Assembly (NCBI GenBank): GCA_026936335.1
Contig: JAPMXV010000059.1
Location: 1 to 64,000, forward strand
DNA from: Mantamonas sphyraenae STR306
Taxonomy: Eukaryota; Protista; CRuMs
Length of the DNA stretch: 64,000 bases
Direction of reading: 5' to 3'
Positions 61,901 through 64,000 of this stretch are shown piece after piece (the stretch's first letter is position 1; every line of letters begins with the position of its first letter). Made by a program: the position numbers and the translations under genes. The notes below the pieces were generated by a model. That model searched no databases. It was given only the letters and a program-made list of their open reading frames with translations, and was not told where the DNA came from.

Positions 61901-62731
61901 AGTCCGTTGGCCACGGATGTACGTTACACGGATGCCAACCGCAGTGTGGAATACACACGTGCAGAGATGTTTCTGTATGACCACGAATGGCCTGTGGTGG
62001 ACAGGATATTCCCCACGGGTGGCTCTGTGGCAGGGGAGCAGTACATTGAGTTGAGTGGCAGCAACTTTATCACCACACGTGTGCCCTCCATCAACGTGGA
62101 TGGTCGTGCCTGCCTCTCCCCCACTGTCATTTCATCCACACTGGTGTCCTGTGTGACACCTGCTCGGAGCAGTGCCCTCAACTCGGATGCCCAGGTCGAC
62201 GTCACTCTCCTTGATCCTGCCGGTCGCCTGGCTGTGGCCAACAATGCCTTTCGCTACCAGGCCACCTGGCCCCAGTTTGTCTCCATTTCCCCGGCCTCTG
62301 TGGTCAACCAGGAGACTGCCACCATCACCATCACCGGCACAAACTTTACCTTTTTCATCAACAACAACGCCGCCACGGCGGCGAGCATCAAGGTGCTCCT
62401 GGGCGACACGGAGGCCACGTCGGTCAATGCCACTAGTGACACCACCGTTGTGGCCACGGTGGCCCCCAAGCTGGCTGCTCTCAGTGCAGACGCAAAGGTC
62501 GACGTGACCATTGTGGACTCGCAGGATCGCGCCGTAAAGGTGCCCGGCGGCTTTACCATTTCTGTGCCACCGACGCCGCCGCCGCCTGTGGAGCCACTGC
62601 TGATCTTCTTTGCAGCTGTGCCCGTGGCCATGGCCGTGCTCTTTGTCTTTCTCAACCGCGTGTTTGGCGTCCTCCGAGGCGAGGAGAAGATTCCCGTGAT
62701 TGTCATGGTGCGCCAGAGCACGCGTTCATGA
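58989..62731 (+). CDS. Leishmanolysin/GP63-like M8 metallopeptidase with six IPT/TIG domains and a C-terminal TM helix
   Basis: Signal/anchor MEKRRVWAAAALLAV (frameshift in the G run at ~59170), HRCIHD propeptide, HEITH zinc motif, LEDQGGAGTANSHWEQR, DYM Met-turn, and six P.(I/V/F)...P..G...G...VTLTG.(N)F repeats. Confidence 0.92.
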
Positions 62732-63080
62732 GGTGGGATGCGACTGTGATTGAAATACATTGCAAGACTTGTACAGGTGTGAAGCGTATTTATTTGGGGG
62801 CATGGACCCGTGTGGTTTGAGAGAGTGTGGTTAAATTTTGATTGAGATGTAAATCTCGGTATGGTGTATTGCGATGTGATTTGGAGTTGAATCAAAAATT
62901 AAGTGGTGGTGGAGGGTGGACATGAGAATGGTGGTAAACGCATTCGCATGCAGTCTAGCAAAGCATATTCTGAACAGATAACTCGACACGGGGCCGCATG
63001 GCGAGAGTGTGAAGCAGGCCGGACGCCTTGACCACACTTGCAGCAGCTGCACGCCACACGAAACAACAAAATCAAGAAAC

Positions 63081-64000
63081 ATGTGGACAATGTGGCAGAT
63101 GGTGCGCATTCACTTGGTGGTGTGCATGCTGGCGGCTGTGGTGATGTTCAACTTTACGGCGAGGTGTGGGTGGACATACACGGAGGAGGAGGCGCCTGTG
63201 CGGATGCTGCTTGTGGGAGATCCTCAAATCGAAGGGAGCGACCGGCTGGAGCGGGAGGGCCTGTGGGGGATGGTTGCAATGACCCTGGACGACTGGTACA
63301 TGCGGTTTGTGAGCTGGCGGACACAGGCAGCGCTGGGACCTGCGCACGTGGTGGTTATGGGAGACGGGATGAGCAGGCAGCACCTTGCGCAGGAGGAGTT
63401 TGAGTCACGTGCGGATCGTCTGGAGTGGATGTTTGGCAAGGCAGAGGCAGGGCAGGACGAACGAGCAGTGGCGGGAGAAGGGCATGCAGTGTGGCACCTT
63501 GTGGGCAACCACGACGTGGGTTACGGCCACGAGCTCCGGGGGGAAGAGATGCGTCGGTGGGAGGGGCGTTTTGGACGTAGCAACGGGATGGTGGAACTGG
63601 ACGGCCACCGGGTGGTGTTTGTGAACGCAATGCTTGTGGACGGACGAGCAGGAGATGAAGAGGAACAGGAGGCGACGTGGGCTCACCTGCGAGCAGTGGC
63701 CAAAGCACAAGCAGAAGAGGAAAAGCCACTTGTGCTGCTGACACACATCCCTCTGTACCGTGAAGTGGGCAAGGATGGGGCGTGTGGGGAGGAGGCACAC
63801 GTGGCCATGGATGCGTTGGGACGTGTGATCCGACAGAACACCCTGAGTGCAGAGAAGAGTGCGTGGCTGCTGCAGCACCTACGCCCACGCTGGGTGCTCA
63901 GTGGACATGACCACGAAGGCTGTGTGCACACCCATCCCTTGCCCACCAAGAATGGTGGTGTTGGCATGGCTGACGTGGCTCCCACCCATGCCACCGAGAT
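63081..64000 (+). CDS. Calcineurin-like metallophosphoesterase, TED1/MPPE1(PGAP5)/CDC1 family; runs off the window and is missing from the ORF track
   Basis: Manual translation: N-terminal TM, LLVGDPQIEG, VVMGD, LVGNHDVGYG, VLLTHIPLY, VLSGHDHEGC. Confidence 0.88.
   Translation, partial: MWTMWQMVRIHLVVCMLAAVVMFNFTARCGWTYTEEEAPVRMLLVGDPQIEGSDRLEREGLWGMVAMTLDDWYMRFVSWRTQAALGPAHVVVMGDGMSRQHLAQEEFESRADRLEWMFGKAEAGQDERAVAGEGHAVWHLVGNHDVGYGHELRGEEMRRWEGRFGRSNGMVELDGHRVVFVNAMLVDGRAGDEEEQEATWAHLRAVAKAQAEEEKPLVLLTHIPLYREVGKDGACGEEAHVAMDALGRVIRQNTLSAEKSAWLLQHLRPRWVLSGHDHEGCVHTHPLPTKNGGVGMADVAPTHATE

Noticed and set aside
1-64000. Non-standard genetic code
   Set aside because: Conserved genes (ATG7, ALG8, BRAP) translate fully in the standard code, and TAA, TAG and TGA all appear as normal stops.

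Overview
This window is a chromosome end from a compact, GC-rich, intron-poor eukaryote, most likely a free-living protist; the species cannot be identified from sequence alone. It opens with a (CCCTAA)n telomere at 1-165, followed by about 23 densely packed genes. These include a telomere-adjacent orphan repeat protein, several ankyrin proteins, an LRR protein, a ~3000-aa CUB + Cys-repeat surface protein with an integrin-beta-like double NPxY tail, an RBR E3 ligase, ATG7, a PHO80-type cyclin, a REEP/DP1 protein, ISCA1, BRAP, GCP6, an ANK-TKL kinase, ALG8, an FMN reductase, a thioesterase, a leishmanolysin-IPT/TIG protein and a TED1-like phosphoesterase. The standout is a ~5,580-aa single polypeptide (39669-56398, minus strand). 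It fuses a signal peptide, two Agd3-type (CE18) polysaccharide deacetylases, filamin/EGF spacers and a Gtb3/PelF-like multi-pass membrane GT4 module. This resembles most of the fungal galactosaminogalactan (or bacterial Pel) exopolysaccharide pathway in one protein, but the GT4 catalytic motif appears degenerate. Several genes carry single-base frameshifts, mostly in homopolymer runs, that look like long-read errors. Family calls come from motif recognition from memory, not database searches.
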